From the NCBI GenBank assembly GCA_963718615.1, contig OY970368.1, positions 64,001 through 128,000 on the forward strand: 64,000 bases of DNA. Direction: 5' to 3'. This document shows, one piece after another, positions 1-9,376 of the stretch; the stretch's first letter is position 1, and the number at the start of each line of letters is the position of its first letter. Source of the DNA: an uncultured cyanobacterium (lineage in GTDB: Bacteria > Cyanobacteriota > Cyanobacteriia > PCC-9006 > JAAUQQ01). Under the pieces are notes generated by a model. The model was given only the letters and a program-made list of their open reading frames with translations. It was not told where the DNA came from and made no database searches. The translations under genes were made by a program, and so were the position numbers.

Positions 1-36
1 CGATTCTCGTCGAAGGTGGCGAGGGTGTGAATATTT

Positions 37-588
37 TTAACGAGCAGCGTTGTCATGGGAGTTGTCGTGGGAAATGTCCCTGGATGAATCGACCACAATA
101 GCCCTTAAACGCAGGGCTGCAATTTTTTCAATTTCTGCTAACGCCCTGTTCTTTTCCGTTGGAAGATCCTGTTGTAGGCGTTGTTCAAAGGCGCTGAGAA
201 TGCTGACTTTTGTATGATATTTGACGGCGACAATAAAGGGAAAACCAAACTTAGTTTTATAGGCCCGATTGAGTTCTTGAAACCGTTCAAATTCGGCGGC
301 AGATAATTGATCGAGTCCGAGGCTAGCCTGTTCCTGGATCGAAGCCTCGGCCATTTTGGCGCGACTGCCCAGATCGGGGTGGGCTAAAATCAGGGCCAGT
401 TTGTCAGCTTCGGGACGCGATCGCATCACCGCAATCATTGCCTGCAAGAGATCCTCCCGTGAGCCAAAGGGGCGTTGATTGTAAACCGCTTGGGCGATCG
501 CAGGCGTATGTTCAAAAATGTCTCCCAGAGCTTCGGTAAAAGCCGCCGGATTCATGTGATTGAGCGTAGCGAGGGAGTAGGGAGGCAT
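37..588 (-). CDS. uraD: OHCU decarboxylase
   Basis: Motifs LILAHPDLG, SIQEQASLGL and YKTKFGFPFIVAVK. Start taken at ATG 588 (MPPYSL) because the longer ORF overlaps uraH. Lies in a purine catabolism cluster. Confidence 0.93.
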   Translation of the reverse strand: MPPYSLATLNHMNPAAFTEALGDIFEHTPAIAQAVYNQRPFGSREDLLQAMIAVMRSRPEADKLALILAHPDLGSRAKMAEASIQEQASLGLDQLSAAEFERFQELNRAYKTKFGFPFIVAVKYHTKVSILSAFEQRLQQDLPTEKNRALAEIEKIAALRLRAIVVDSSRDISHDNSHDNAAR

Positions 589-613
589 GGCAAATAGAAA
601 CAGGGAACTCGCA

Positions 614-1012
614 TTAGCTGCCGCGATAGGTGCTGTAGGCCCAAGGGGAAACGAGAAGCGGCACATGATAATGATCACGGGCATCAGCAATGCCAAACTG
701 GAGCGGTACCCAAGTTAAAAAGGGCGGCTCGGGTAGGCTAAGTTCGGTTTTGGCAAAGTAGTGGCCCACATCAAAAACCAGTTCGTAAATTCCTGGTTGA
801 AACGCCGCATCCCTGAGCAAGGGTTCATCGGTCCGGCCATCGGCGTTGGTCTGGGTGCGCTTGAGGAGCGATCGCGTTTCCAATTGCGTTTCCGATTGCG
901 TTTCCAAATTTTGATCGGCACTACCCCGCTCAATTTGCCACAGTGTCAGCATCATTCCCACTGCCGGTGCGCCCCGCGCCGTGTCTAAAACATGTGTTGA
1001 TAACCAGCCCAT
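614..1012 (-). CDS. uraH: 5-hydroxyisourate hydrolase (transthyretin-like)
   Basis: N-terminal LSTHVLDTARG, TNADGR, HYHVPLLVSPWAYS and C-terminal YRGS; no signal peptide. Confidence 0.96.
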   Translation of the reverse strand: MGWLSTHVLDTARGAPAVGMMLTLWQIERGSADQNLETQSETQLETRSLLKRTQTNADGRTDEPLLRDAAFQPGIYELVFDVGHYFAKTELSLPEPPFLTWVPLQFGIADARDHYHVPLLVSPWAYSTYRGS

Positions 1013-2175
1013 CAGCCCAACGGTCCTCCCAAAATTGTCGTGGCTAGGGCATTAATAACATCCTCAGGGGACTCTTGTCTCAGTTGGTCGTACCACTGCT
1101 GCGTGGCTTCCGGCGTTTTGCCGTAGATTGTGTCCGTCCGCTTGCGGGCTTTGAGCACAAGCTGCGCCGTGCGGGCTTTGCGGGCTGCTTCATAGCGGCG
1201 CAGGGCATCGGCCACGCTGAGGTTCGTGGTCACCAGATATTGGGTGAGGATCAAAGCATCTTCGATGGCTTGACACCCCCCCTGGCCTAGGGTTGGTGTG
1301 GTGGCGTGGCCTGAATCACCGAGGAGAGCAACCCGATCGCGCACCAGCCGCTCAGGTGGATCGATATCATGGATTTCTAATCGATTGGCTTCCACCGGAT
1401 CCAGGGTCTGAATCAACGCTTGAACCGGCTCGGGCCAACCGCTAAAAATTTGGGCCAGCTCGGCAGCACGGTTCTCCGGGGCAACCTCCGTCCCTTTCTC
1501 CAGGGGGGCACCAAAAAAGTAATAGAAGCGATCGCCCCCCACAGGCATCATTGAAGCCCGCTTGCTCTCTCCCACATACAACACCCAGTTATCGGGTTCA
1601 CACAACTCCGGTTTAGCCGGAACCAGACCATTCCAGTTCACGTAGTCCGCATAACGCGGCAGGACTTCATGGCCCAGAACATACTGCCGCACCGTTGAGC
1701 GAATGCCATCGGCCCCAATCAGCACATCCCCCGTGGCGCGGCTACCATCTTCAAACACCGCTGTCACGCTGGCTGCATCCTGCTCCACAGCAATGCATTG
1801 CATTCCCAGATGCACTCGCTCTGCCCCCACTGCATCTAGAAGCATCTGCTGTAAATCCGTCCGCGCGACGGGATAAGGCCGTTGACCCACGCGCTCAAAC
1901 AAGGGCTGCAAATCAATTTGGCTGAGGGGTTCATTCTGATGGCTGCGATATTCCATCCGATTCATCTCGCCGCCGATTCCTGCAATTTCCTGACCCAGCC
2001 CCAGCCAGTTGAGTACCTTGATGCCATTAGACCAGAGGGAAATTCCAGCCCCTGCCGGACGCAATTGGGAGGTGCGATCGAAAATCTCCACTGCATATCC
2101 AGCTCGCTGGAAAGCGATACCGGTGGTGAGTCCACCAATCCCGGCACCAATCACAATCGCTTTGAGATTTTCCAT
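1012..2175 (-). CDS. hpxO: FAD-dependent urate hydroxylase
   Basis: GAGIGG Rossmann motif, ADGIRS, LLGDSGHATTPTLGQGGCQAIED, YVNWNGLV. TGATG coupling to uraH. Start at ATG 2175 (MENLKA). Confidence 0.88.
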   Translation of the reverse strand: MENLKAIVIGAGIGGLTTGIAFQRAGYAVEIFDRTSQLRPAGAGISLWSNGIKVLNWLGLGQEIAGIGGEMNRMEYRSHQNEPLSQIDLQPLFERVGQRPYPVARTDLQQMLLDAVGAERVHLGMQCIAVEQDAASVTAVFEDGSRATGDVLIGADGIRSTVRQYVLGHEVLPRYADYVNWNGLVPAKPELCEPDNWVLYVGESKRASMMPVGGDRFYYFFGAPLEKGTEVAPENRAAELAQIFSGWPEPVQALIQTLDPVEANRLEIHDIDPPERLVRDRVALLGDSGHATTPTLGQGGCQAIEDALILTQYLVTTNLSVADALRRYEAARKARTAQLVLKARKRTDTIYGKTPEATQQWYDQLRQESPEDVINALATTILGGPLG

Positions 2176-2209
2176 AGTTTCTGATTGATCTGAACGCCGT
2201 CTTGAGCCC

Positions 2210-3649
2210 CTATTGCCGAGGTCCTGGTAAGAAAATATTGAGCAGGAGGGCTGATAATCCACCGGTACTAATGCCCGATGAAAAAATGCTTTTGGCCAGG
2301 GGAGGCAGCTTCGCCAAAATATCTGGTGCAAAGGTGACGCCTAACCCCAACCCCAGAGATACGGCCAAAATAATCGAGGCTCGTTTTGTCAAGTTAACAC
2401 AGGAAATAATCTTAATGCCAGCCACCGCAACCGTCCCGAACATAATCAGCGTTGCCCCCCCCAAAACGGGCTGAGGAATTGCCTGGAAGATGCCGCCAAA
2501 AATCGGAACTAAACCGAGCAGTGCAAAGATACCCGCAATGTAGTAACCCACATACCGACTGCCAATTCCAGTCAACTGAATTACACCGTTATTTTGGCTA
2601 AATGTGGTGTTTGGAAATGTGTTGAAGCAAGCAGCAATGAGCGAGTTTAAACCATCGCCGAGGATGCCACCGCGAATGCGATCGAAATACAGTTTTCCTG
2701 TAATCGGCTGACCCGTCAGCAGTGAGGTCGCGGTCAAATCCCCAGTGGATTCAATGGTTGTAATCAAATACAAAAAGGCAAAGGGTAGAAAGGCGGCAAT
2801 GTCAAACCCAAAGCCGTAGCGAAATGGAATAGGAATCGCGATCAACGGCATACTTCCCAAGCGACTTAGGTCAACTAATCCCATCGGAATCGAAACCACA
2901 TAGCCCACGAGGAGACCAATGGCGATCGAAGACATGCGCAGCAAAGGACTACTCAAACTGTTGAGAATGACGATGATTGCTAGCACTAGACCAGCCAATA
3001 GCAAATATTCAGGATTGCCAAAAGTGTCATTTTGCTTGGCTGCAAAGCCACCGCCAATGCTGGTAATTCCAACATTCACTAAGGTTAAACCAATCAACGT
3101 TACGACAATACCGGTCACCAAGGGCGTAATCAGTCGTTGAGCCAATTGCATAAATCGGCTAAAGATCATCTCGATGAAAGCACCGAAAAAGCAAAGGCCG
3201 AAGATCAAACCTAGAGCTTCGGAGGGCGATCGCCCCGCGCCCACAGCCCCCGTTCCCGCTGCAATAATCGGTCCAATAAAGGCAAAGCTAGTGCCCTGAA
3301 TACTCAGCAACCCTGACCCCACGGGGCCAATTTTCTTGGCCTGGATAAACGTGGCAATCCCTGAAACAAAAAGGGACATGCTGATGAGATAAGAAGTATC
3401 CGTAGGGGGGAGGCCGAGGGCTCCGGAGACGACGAGCGAAGGCGTAATAATGCCAACAAATGAGGCAAAGACATGCTGCAAAGCCGCAAAAATGGATTCG
3501 CGCACGGGGGGGCGATCTTCGAGCCCATAGATTAAGTCAGACTCCAGTAATGCAGGGGATTCAGCCGGATCTGAAAGGGCTGTATCGGGGAGGGCGGCGA
3601 TCGCCTCCCCTGTCGCATACTCGGTTCCAAGGGGTTCACTGGTACTCAT
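2210..3649 (-). CDS. NCS2/NAT family xanthine/uric acid permease
   Basis: ALQH motif, NAT signature TTFSQNNGVIQLTG, many TM helices. Start at ATG 3649. Confidence 0.92.
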   Translation of the reverse strand: MSTSEPLGTEYATGEAIAALPDTALSDPAESPALLESDLIYGLEDRPPVRESIFAALQHVFASFVGIITPSLVVSGALGLPPTDTSYLISMSLFVSGIATFIQAKKIGPVGSGLLSIQGTSFAFIGPIIAAGTGAVGAGRSPSEALGLIFGLCFFGAFIEMIFSRFMQLAQRLITPLVTGIVVTLIGLTLVNVGITSIGGGFAAKQNDTFGNPEYLLLAGLVLAIIVILNSLSSPLLRMSSIAIGLLVGYVVSIPMGLVDLSRLGSMPLIAIPIPFRYGFGFDIAAFLPFAFLYLITTIESTGDLTATSLLTGQPITGKLYFDRIRGGILGDGLNSLIAACFNTFPNTTFSQNNGVIQLTGIGSRYVGYYIAGIFALLGLVPIFGGIFQAIPQPVLGGATLIMFGTVAVAGIKIISCVNLTKRASIILAVSLGLGLGVTFAPDILAKLPPLAKSIFSSGISTGGLSALLLNIFLPGPRQ

Positions 3650-3680
3650 ACAATATTTCCTAAAGTTAAAACGCAGTGGC

Positions 3681-5522
3681 TCAAAATCGAAACTGGGTTC
3701 GGACATTGCCCACCCAAAGGGTGGGGTTATCGCTAAAGTTGTTGGGGTTTTGAATCATATAGACCGCCGGAACCAAAGCCAGATTCTCCGTGAGCGGCCA
3801 GTAATAGGTCGCCTCCACTTCATATTGAATGCCGCCATCGCCGCCACCTGCTGCCAGGAATCGACGACCCTCTAAAATCGAAAAGGGCACCCCATAGGAA
3901 AGCGTTAGCAATGCACCCGGTCGGCCTAGGTCAGGAAAAGCAAGCCCCGCCTGAAACGCTTGGGCATTGACCTCTCCATCGGCTCGACCGGCGGTGGTGG
4001 GCTCAATTTGGGTACTGCCATAGAAGTAGCGACCAAAGACCCCTAAGCGCTTGCCCAAACGCCAATCAAAATTGACACCAAAGGTATCAGCCTTGGCCGT
4101 TTCAATGGACCCTCCAAAGCCATCATCGGCCACGCCGTAAATTGGTTCTCCGGTGGCTCCCCCAACCCCAAATCCAGTCAAGGCCCCGGTTTCACTAAAC
4201 AGCGGTACATTATTATCGAGATTAGAGCGGGTGTAGAGCAAACGCACATTAGTACTCTTTGTGGGTTTAAGGGTCAGCCCCGCCGTCAGTGTATTCGTAC
4301 CGCCGAATAAACCGCCCTTGCTCGCATCGGAAGAGGTATTAAAAAAGGCGCTGGGTAAAAACTCGGTATTCTCGCCCAAATAGCCCACACTCACATTGAG
4401 CCAATCCGCCGCATCCCAGCGCACCACGGCCCCAGAACCTCGATCGATGGCATTGACCAACGTACCGCCGCTGCTGTTGAAACTGCCTGCCCCGGTCAAG
4501 AAAAACGTATAGGCATTGCCATCAAAATAGCGATACCAGTTCAGCCGAGGCCCCACGGCTACACGCACATGGTCTCCCACTGGGAAATCGTAAAATAGCT
4601 CCCGTACGACCACCGTATTGGCTGTTGGAGTTCCAGTTTGATCGGTAAAGGGCACACCAAAGGTATTAAACAGCCCCGCAGAAGCGTAAAAGTTAGCGGA
4701 CGAGACGCTGTTACCCACGGCCAATTGTGTCACCAACTGATCTTTGCCGGTAAAGGAAGTATTGAGCGACAGCAGGGCATAGGCCCCTAGCGTTACCCCT
4801 GGATCATCCGTTTCCGTGGCCACCAACGGTTCTGCGGTCAGCGAATTTCGCCCAGCCCGACGCAAATTGAGCGGTGTGCTGAGGCTACTGGCTTCAATCT
4901 TGACATCATCCCCACCGAAGGCCCCCGTGAGGTTAAAGAATACATTGGCGCTGAGTTTAGTCGTCGTGGAAAACTGGTTCGCCTCTAGCTCAGCAGTTCG
5001 GGCCTCTAAGGCATCGACTCGTCCCCGCAGAGTCGCCAGCTCCGCTTGAAACTCCTCTTGCAATCGCTGCACTGTGGCTAAATCATCTGCTGAAACTAAA
5101 TCCGCAGTCGCGGAGGCAATTAACTCATTGACGCGATCGAGACAAGCATTCAATCCCGCTGCAAACTCATAGCGGGTCATGGCTCGGCTACCCCGATAGG
5201 TACCGTCTGGATAGCCCGCAATGCAGCCATAGCGCTCCACCAGCGATTGCAGGGCTTGAAATGCCCAATCAGTTGGTCGCACATCCCGTAGCTGATCGAC
5301 GCTGGTCACCTGATCCATGGCATCTTCGGATGATAGCCCCGCGTCAATTTGGGCAATCCCTTGGGCCATCTCTTGGGCCATCTCTTGTTGGGCAATCCCT
5401 TTGGCCATGCCTGCGCCCTGGCCCAAGACAACATTGAGCAATACAACTAGGACAAACGCCGGAAAATTCGATACTAAAAAAACTGCAGATGGTTCATTCA
5501 ACAACCCAACCCTCACTCCCAA
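3681..5522 (-). CDS. Cyanobacterial porin (SLH domain + coiled coil + OprB-like beta-barrel; 'iron uptake porin' family)
   Basis: DVRPTDWAFQALQSLVERYGCIAGYPDGTYRG and TRYEFAAGLNACL (SLH), FSTTTKL, C-terminal RTQFRF. Start uncertain (TTG 5522, 5504 or 5501). Confidence 0.92.
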   Translation of the reverse strand: MGVRVGLLNEPSAVFLVSNFPAFVLVVLLNVVLGQGAGMAKGIAQQEMAQEMAQGIAQIDAGLSSEDAMDQVTSVDQLRDVRPTDWAFQALQSLVERYGCIAGYPDGTYRGSRAMTRYEFAAGLNACLDRVNELIASATADLVSADDLATVQRLQEEFQAELATLRGRVDALEARTAELEANQFSTTTKLSANVFFNLTGAFGGDDVKIEASSLSTPLNLRRAGRNSLTAEPLVATETDDPGVTLGAYALLSLNTSFTGKDQLVTQLAVGNSVSSANFYASAGLFNTFGVPFTDQTGTPTANTVVVRELFYDFPVGDHVRVAVGPRLNWYRYFDGNAYTFFLTGAGSFNSSGGTLVNAIDRGSGAVVRWDAADWLNVSVGYLGENTEFLPSAFFNTSSDASKGGLFGGTNTLTAGLTLKPTKSTNVRLLYTRSNLDNNVPLFSETGALTGFGVGGATGEPIYGVADDGFGGSIETAKADTFGVNFDWRLGKRLGVFGRYFYGSTQIEPTTAGRADGEVNAQAFQAGLAFPDLGRPGALLTLSYGVPFSILEGRRFLAAGGGDGGIQYEVEATYYWPLTENLALVPAVYMIQNPNNFSDNPTLWVGNVRTQFRF

Positions 5523-5550
5523 TCACATCAACGAGAAGCACTTGCCCGTC

Positions 5551-5592
5551 AGTGTAGGGAGTCCTCAGGGATGGGGTTGTATCCGTCAAGAC
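5551..5592 (-). promoter_or_regulatory. Putative class II NtcA-activated promoter for the porin-permease-hpxO-uraH-uraD genes
   Basis: Minus strand reads GTC-ttgacgga-TAC (5592-5579; TGT-N10-ACA), then exactly 22 nt, then TACACT (5556-5551). This matches GTA-N8-TAC-N22-TAN3T with one mismatch. Confidence 0.7.
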
Positions 5593-5609
5593 AAATCCCA
5601 ATCTTCCGT

Positions 5610-7034
5610 TTAGATTCCGTTTTCTGCATTCTGATATAACGGATTGCCCATGACATAGGTGGCCTGTACTGCGCGATCGTCCCCTAGCATCAAGAGGGAG
5701 AAGAGGCGATCGCCCACCTGGGCCAAACCCATCGAATGCTCTCCTTTCGCATCCGTCCAATCCGTCAAATTACGGAAGGCCAATAGAGGCGTTGCCCGCG
5801 AATTGAGCACCACAAAATCAGCGTCTTTTCCCAAAGCAAAGCTACCCAACCTCGATTCTAGTCGCAGGGCCTGAGCCCCCCCTAAGGTCGCGAGAAACAA
5901 AGCCTGAAAGGGCGAAAGTTTTTGCCCCCGTAGCTGCGCAACCTTATAGGCTTCGTTACTGGTTTGTAGGAGTGAAAAGCTGGTACCTGCCCCGACATCG
6001 GTTCCAAGACCCAGCTTAACTGGATGTTGCGTAGATTTTGCTTGTTCGAGGCGAAATAAACCGCTACCCAAGAAAAGATTAGAGGTGGGGCAAAAGGCGA
6101 TCGCTGCCTCTGCCTCCGACAACCGTGCAAATTCACGATCGCTGAGATGTACACCATGGGCAAAAATCGAGCGATCGGTGACTAAGCCCGCCTGATCATA
6201 GACATCGAGATAGCCTTGGCGGTCCGGAAATAACTCCTTAACCCAGGCGATTTCATTCAGGCTTTCAGACAAATGGGTATGTAGATAAACATCAGGATAT
6301 TCTGATAATAAACGTCCTGCGATCGCTAATTGTTCATCGCTCGAAGTAATCGCAAATCGAGGCGTAACGGCATAGCGTAAGCGACCTTTATGATGCCATT
6401 TTTCAATGAGTGCTTTAGTTTCTATATAGGACGATTCTGCTGTATCGCAGAGAAAATCTGGCGCATTGCGATCCATCATCACCTTGCCCGCAATCATACA
6501 AAGATTGCGCTGTTCTGCCGCTTCAAAAAACGCATCAACGGATTCGGGATAGACCGCTGCAAACACCAATGCAGTTGTTGTTCCGTGGCGCAAAAGTTCC
6601 TCTAGAAAAAACGCGGCGACCTGCTGGGCATAGGTCCGATCCTGAAATTTGGCTTCCGTCGGGAAAGTATAGTTGCTCAGCCATTCCAAGAGCTGTTCCC
6701 CGTAGGAAGCAATCATCTCCGTTTGGGGATAGTGAACGTGGGTATCGATTAAGCCGGGGATAATCAGAAACTCGGAGGAGTAGGCCGTTGTGGGGAGATG
6801 ACTGTAGCGATCGCCCAACTCCGAAAACGGCCCAAACGCAACAATCTTGCCGCTTTCAAGCACTAACAAACCATCCGGCAGCCAGCGTACTGCCTCCGCT
6901 TCGGCTACAAAAAACGGATCCGCAATGCAGTCTAGAAAGGAACCGCGAATAGCGCTCAGGGAGCCAGCAGCGCTGCTCTCAGCGGTATGGGTCTCGGGAT
7001 CGACGTTATCAGCGGCATCATGGGAATAGGGCAT
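5610..7034 (-). CDS. guaD: Guanine deaminase
   Basis: PGLIDTHVHYPQ, YAVTPRFA, HTHLSE, GLGTDVGAGTS amidohydrolase motifs. Confidence 0.96.
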   Translation of the reverse strand: MPYSHDAADNVDPETHTAESSAAGSLSAIRGSFLDCIADPFFVAEAEAVRWLPDGLLVLESGKIVAFGPFSELGDRYSHLPTTAYSSEFLIIPGLIDTHVHYPQTEMIASYGEQLLEWLSNYTFPTEAKFQDRTYAQQVAAFFLEELLRHGTTTALVFAAVYPESVDAFFEAAEQRNLCMIAGKVMMDRNAPDFLCDTAESSYIETKALIEKWHHKGRLRYAVTPRFAITSSDEQLAIAGRLLSEYPDVYLHTHLSESLNEIAWVKELFPDRQGYLDVYDQAGLVTDRSIFAHGVHLSDREFARLSEAEAAIAFCPTSNLFLGSGLFRLEQAKSTQHPVKLGLGTDVGAGTSFSLLQTSNEAYKVAQLRGQKLSPFQALFLATLGGAQALRLESRLGSFALGKDADFVVLNSRATPLLAFRNLTDWTDAKGEHSMGLAQVGDRLFSLLMLGDDRAVQATYVMGNPLYQNAENGI

Positions 7035-7110
7035 GGGCTCAAGCGCAAAGGGCGATCGCACACAGGTCTCCTATGCTAGCTTAGCCTCCATCGAAGTTAG
7101 AAGATAGAGG

Positions 7111-7566
7111 TTAAAGGAGCCGAATTCCCCGCGCCAAGATTGCTGCAAACAACGGAATGAGTGCAAATCCCATCAACTCTCCTCGAATGAACCAGGTCAG
7201 GCGCTGAACCTGCCTTAAATCTAAGTGAGGTGGCTTGCCTTCCCGTAAGCCCTTCACCCAGGAAACAAAGGAAAAGGTGGGATAGAGAGACAACAAACTA
7301 ACCAGGATGAAGATACCAACTTTGAGATAAAAGACAGGGCTGCTGAGATAGTATTCAGAACCTTTGCCAAAATAGATCACTCTGAGAATTCCGGTCATCA
7401 AAATGGTGGTTGCAGATAACCCATAAATGGCATCTGCTATCATCACTTTCCAGGCTTCGGCTAGGCTGAGATCTGTTTTCAGCGTTTGATTTTCAACTAC
7501 CAACGCCCCAAAGGCCACCATAAACCCTAAATAGTGTAAATATGCTGTAATTGCACTTCCCCACAT
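7111..7566 (-). CDS. DUF2214 family membrane protein
   Basis: YLHYL, DAIYG, GILRVIYFGKG, LSLYPT and C-terminal ARGI pattern; 4 TM segments. Confidence 0.8.
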   Translation of the reverse strand: MWGSAITAYLHYLGFMVAFGALVVENQTLKTDLSLAEAWKVMIADAIYGLSATTILMTGILRVIYFGKGSEYYLSSPVFYLKVGIFILVSLLSLYPTFSFVSWVKGLREGKPPHLDLRQVQRLTWFIRGELMGFALIPLFAAILARGIRLL

Positions 7567-7621
7567 CACTTTTTCTGTCCTGACAGGTCTATTTTTCGCA
7601 GTTTTGCACGCTTTCTCGTAC

Positions 7622-8134
7622 TTAATAAATCCAAGGAATGAGTTTCTTGACTTGCGATTGATAACGATCGTAATCAGAAAATTTATCCTTCAGCCATGCT
7701 TCTTCTTTTCTAGCTTTAATATCGAAAAACAGTAATAATCCCAGGGCACCCATGCCGTGGATTAAACTCCATTGCCAGCAACTGTAGGCGATCGCCAAAA
7801 AGATGACGCCACTATAAATCGGATGTCTAACGATTCCATAAACACCACCCGTAACCAACTCCCCCTCATCCTTGGGATGGGGCAAGGGAGTAAGATTCTC
7901 GCCCAAGGCCATGACGCCCCAAAGTAAGAGCCCTGCGGCAATCAGGCTAAAAAGACCCGCAGCCCCCCAGCCGACCAGTTGCCCAATCGGCGACCCAGAC
8001 CCTAGCGTGGCTCCTGGATAGACCGGCAACAAAATAAACCCAAGGGAAAGCAGGCCTTGACCGAGCGCCCAGTATTCCCCCCGCTCTCCTCGCCACCATT
8101 GGGCTGAGAATCCCCACGCCTTCAGTTGATTCAT
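7622..8134 (-). CDS. Isoprenylcysteine carboxylmethyltransferase (ICMT/PEMT) family membrane protein
   Basis: LVTGGVYGIVRHPIYSG, EEAWL...Y..Y...V..LIP motifs. Confidence 0.85.
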   Translation of the reverse strand: MNQLKAWGFSAQWWRGERGEYWALGQGLLSLGFILLPVYPGATLGSGSPIGQLVGWGAAGLFSLIAAGLLLWGVMALGENLTPLPHPKDEGELVTGGVYGIVRHPIYSGVIFLAIAYSCWQWSLIHGMGALGLLLFFDIKARKEEAWLKDKFSDYDRYQSQVKKLIPWIY

Positions 8135-8187
8135 CTCGATTTGAGTTTCTCCGTAAAACAATAGTGCAACGGCGATCGCCTACCGAG

Positions 8188-9282
8188 CTAAGCCACGAAC
8201 TCTGCCATCAATTCAGCGACGGGTACAATTTTCTGCGCACGGCCAGCATTACTCCCCGCAAAAATCAGACCATTTTCGATGTCTCCCCGCGCCGCCTTAT
8301 CTAACACCTGAATAATGCAATAGTGTTTTCCCTCATCTCGGCATTGGCAGACGTGCAAACAGCTCGCCAGACAGCGTTTATCTAAATCCGGGGAATTGGC
8401 GATCGCCTTGTCCACAAAAGCATTGCGCAACGCCCGTCCCGGCATTCCCACTGGACTAGAAATAATGACTACATCTTCAGGTTTAGCCTGAAGATGAAAT
8501 TCCTTGTAGCGAATATCTGCATCACACTCGTCCGTTGTAATAAAACGCGTGCCAACCTGAACCCCCTGAGCCCCCAGAGACAACATTCGGTACAGGTCCG
8601 CTTGATCCCAAACCCCCCCGGCGGCAATCACCGGAATAGATTGACTGAATTCGTCTTGTAAATAGGCGACCAACTCGGGAATCACCTGTTCGGCATCTAA
8701 GGCGCGATCGCCCAGTTCCGTAACCTTCGCCCCCAAATGTCCCCCCGCCGAATTGGGATTTTCGACCACAAAGGCGTCGGGCAATCGTCCATACAAGCGT
8801 TGCCATTTACGGCAAATCACACGCGCGGCACGGGTACTAGAAACAATGGGAACCAACGCAACCTCTGGATGATCCGTCGTATATTCCGGCAATTGCAGGG
8901 GTAATCCTGCCCCCGAAATAATCAGATTAATTCCCTCTTCTACAGCGGTGTGCACTAGGGTTTCGTAATCCTGGGCAACCACCATGGCATTAATCCCTAA
9001 AACCCCCTCAGGGCTTAAGGCACGGGCCGTTTGGATTTCATCAATTAGAGCCAGCCGATTGGCTTCAAAAAACTGTTCTCGCCGTTTACGCAGATTCGGC
9101 TGGGTGATGTCGAAATAGGGTGAGTTTAAGCCTAACCCCACCGCAGAAATAATCCCGATTCCCCCCGCGTTGGCAACCGCAGCGGCAAGGTGTGCCCCAG
9201 AGATCCGAATCCCCATACCGCCCTGAATGATGGGATAGCGGGCAATATGTTGACCAATTTGGAGGGAAGGTAAGGTTGACAT
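8188..9282 (-). CDS. Nitronate monooxygenase / FabK-like FMN-dependent oxidoreductase
   Basis: PIIQGGMG, SGAGLP, AGGHLG, VIAAGG, GVQVGTRF, plus a C-terminal Cys cluster (CLASCLHVCQC...YCI). Confidence 0.88.
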   Translation of the reverse strand: MSTLPSLQIGQHIARYPIIQGGMGIRISGAHLAAAVANAGGIGIISAVGLGLNSPYFDITQPNLRKRREQFFEANRLALIDEIQTARALSPEGVLGINAMVVAQDYETLVHTAVEEGINLIISGAGLPLQLPEYTTDHPEVALVPIVSSTRAARVICRKWQRLYGRLPDAFVVENPNSAGGHLGAKVTELGDRALDAEQVIPELVAYLQDEFSQSIPVIAAGGVWDQADLYRMLSLGAQGVQVGTRFITTDECDADIRYKEFHLQAKPEDVVIISSPVGMPGRALRNAFVDKAIANSPDLDKRCLASCLHVCQCRDEGKHYCIIQVLDKAARGDIENGLIFAGSNAGRAQKIVPVAELMAEFVA

Positions 9283-9376
9283 AGCAGGATAGAAGTTCGG
9301 TACTCGAGTGTTCGGTCGTTCTGAATGACCTCAACTCCTCCAAGCATAGATCTATTTCTTCTATATAGCTATAAAG

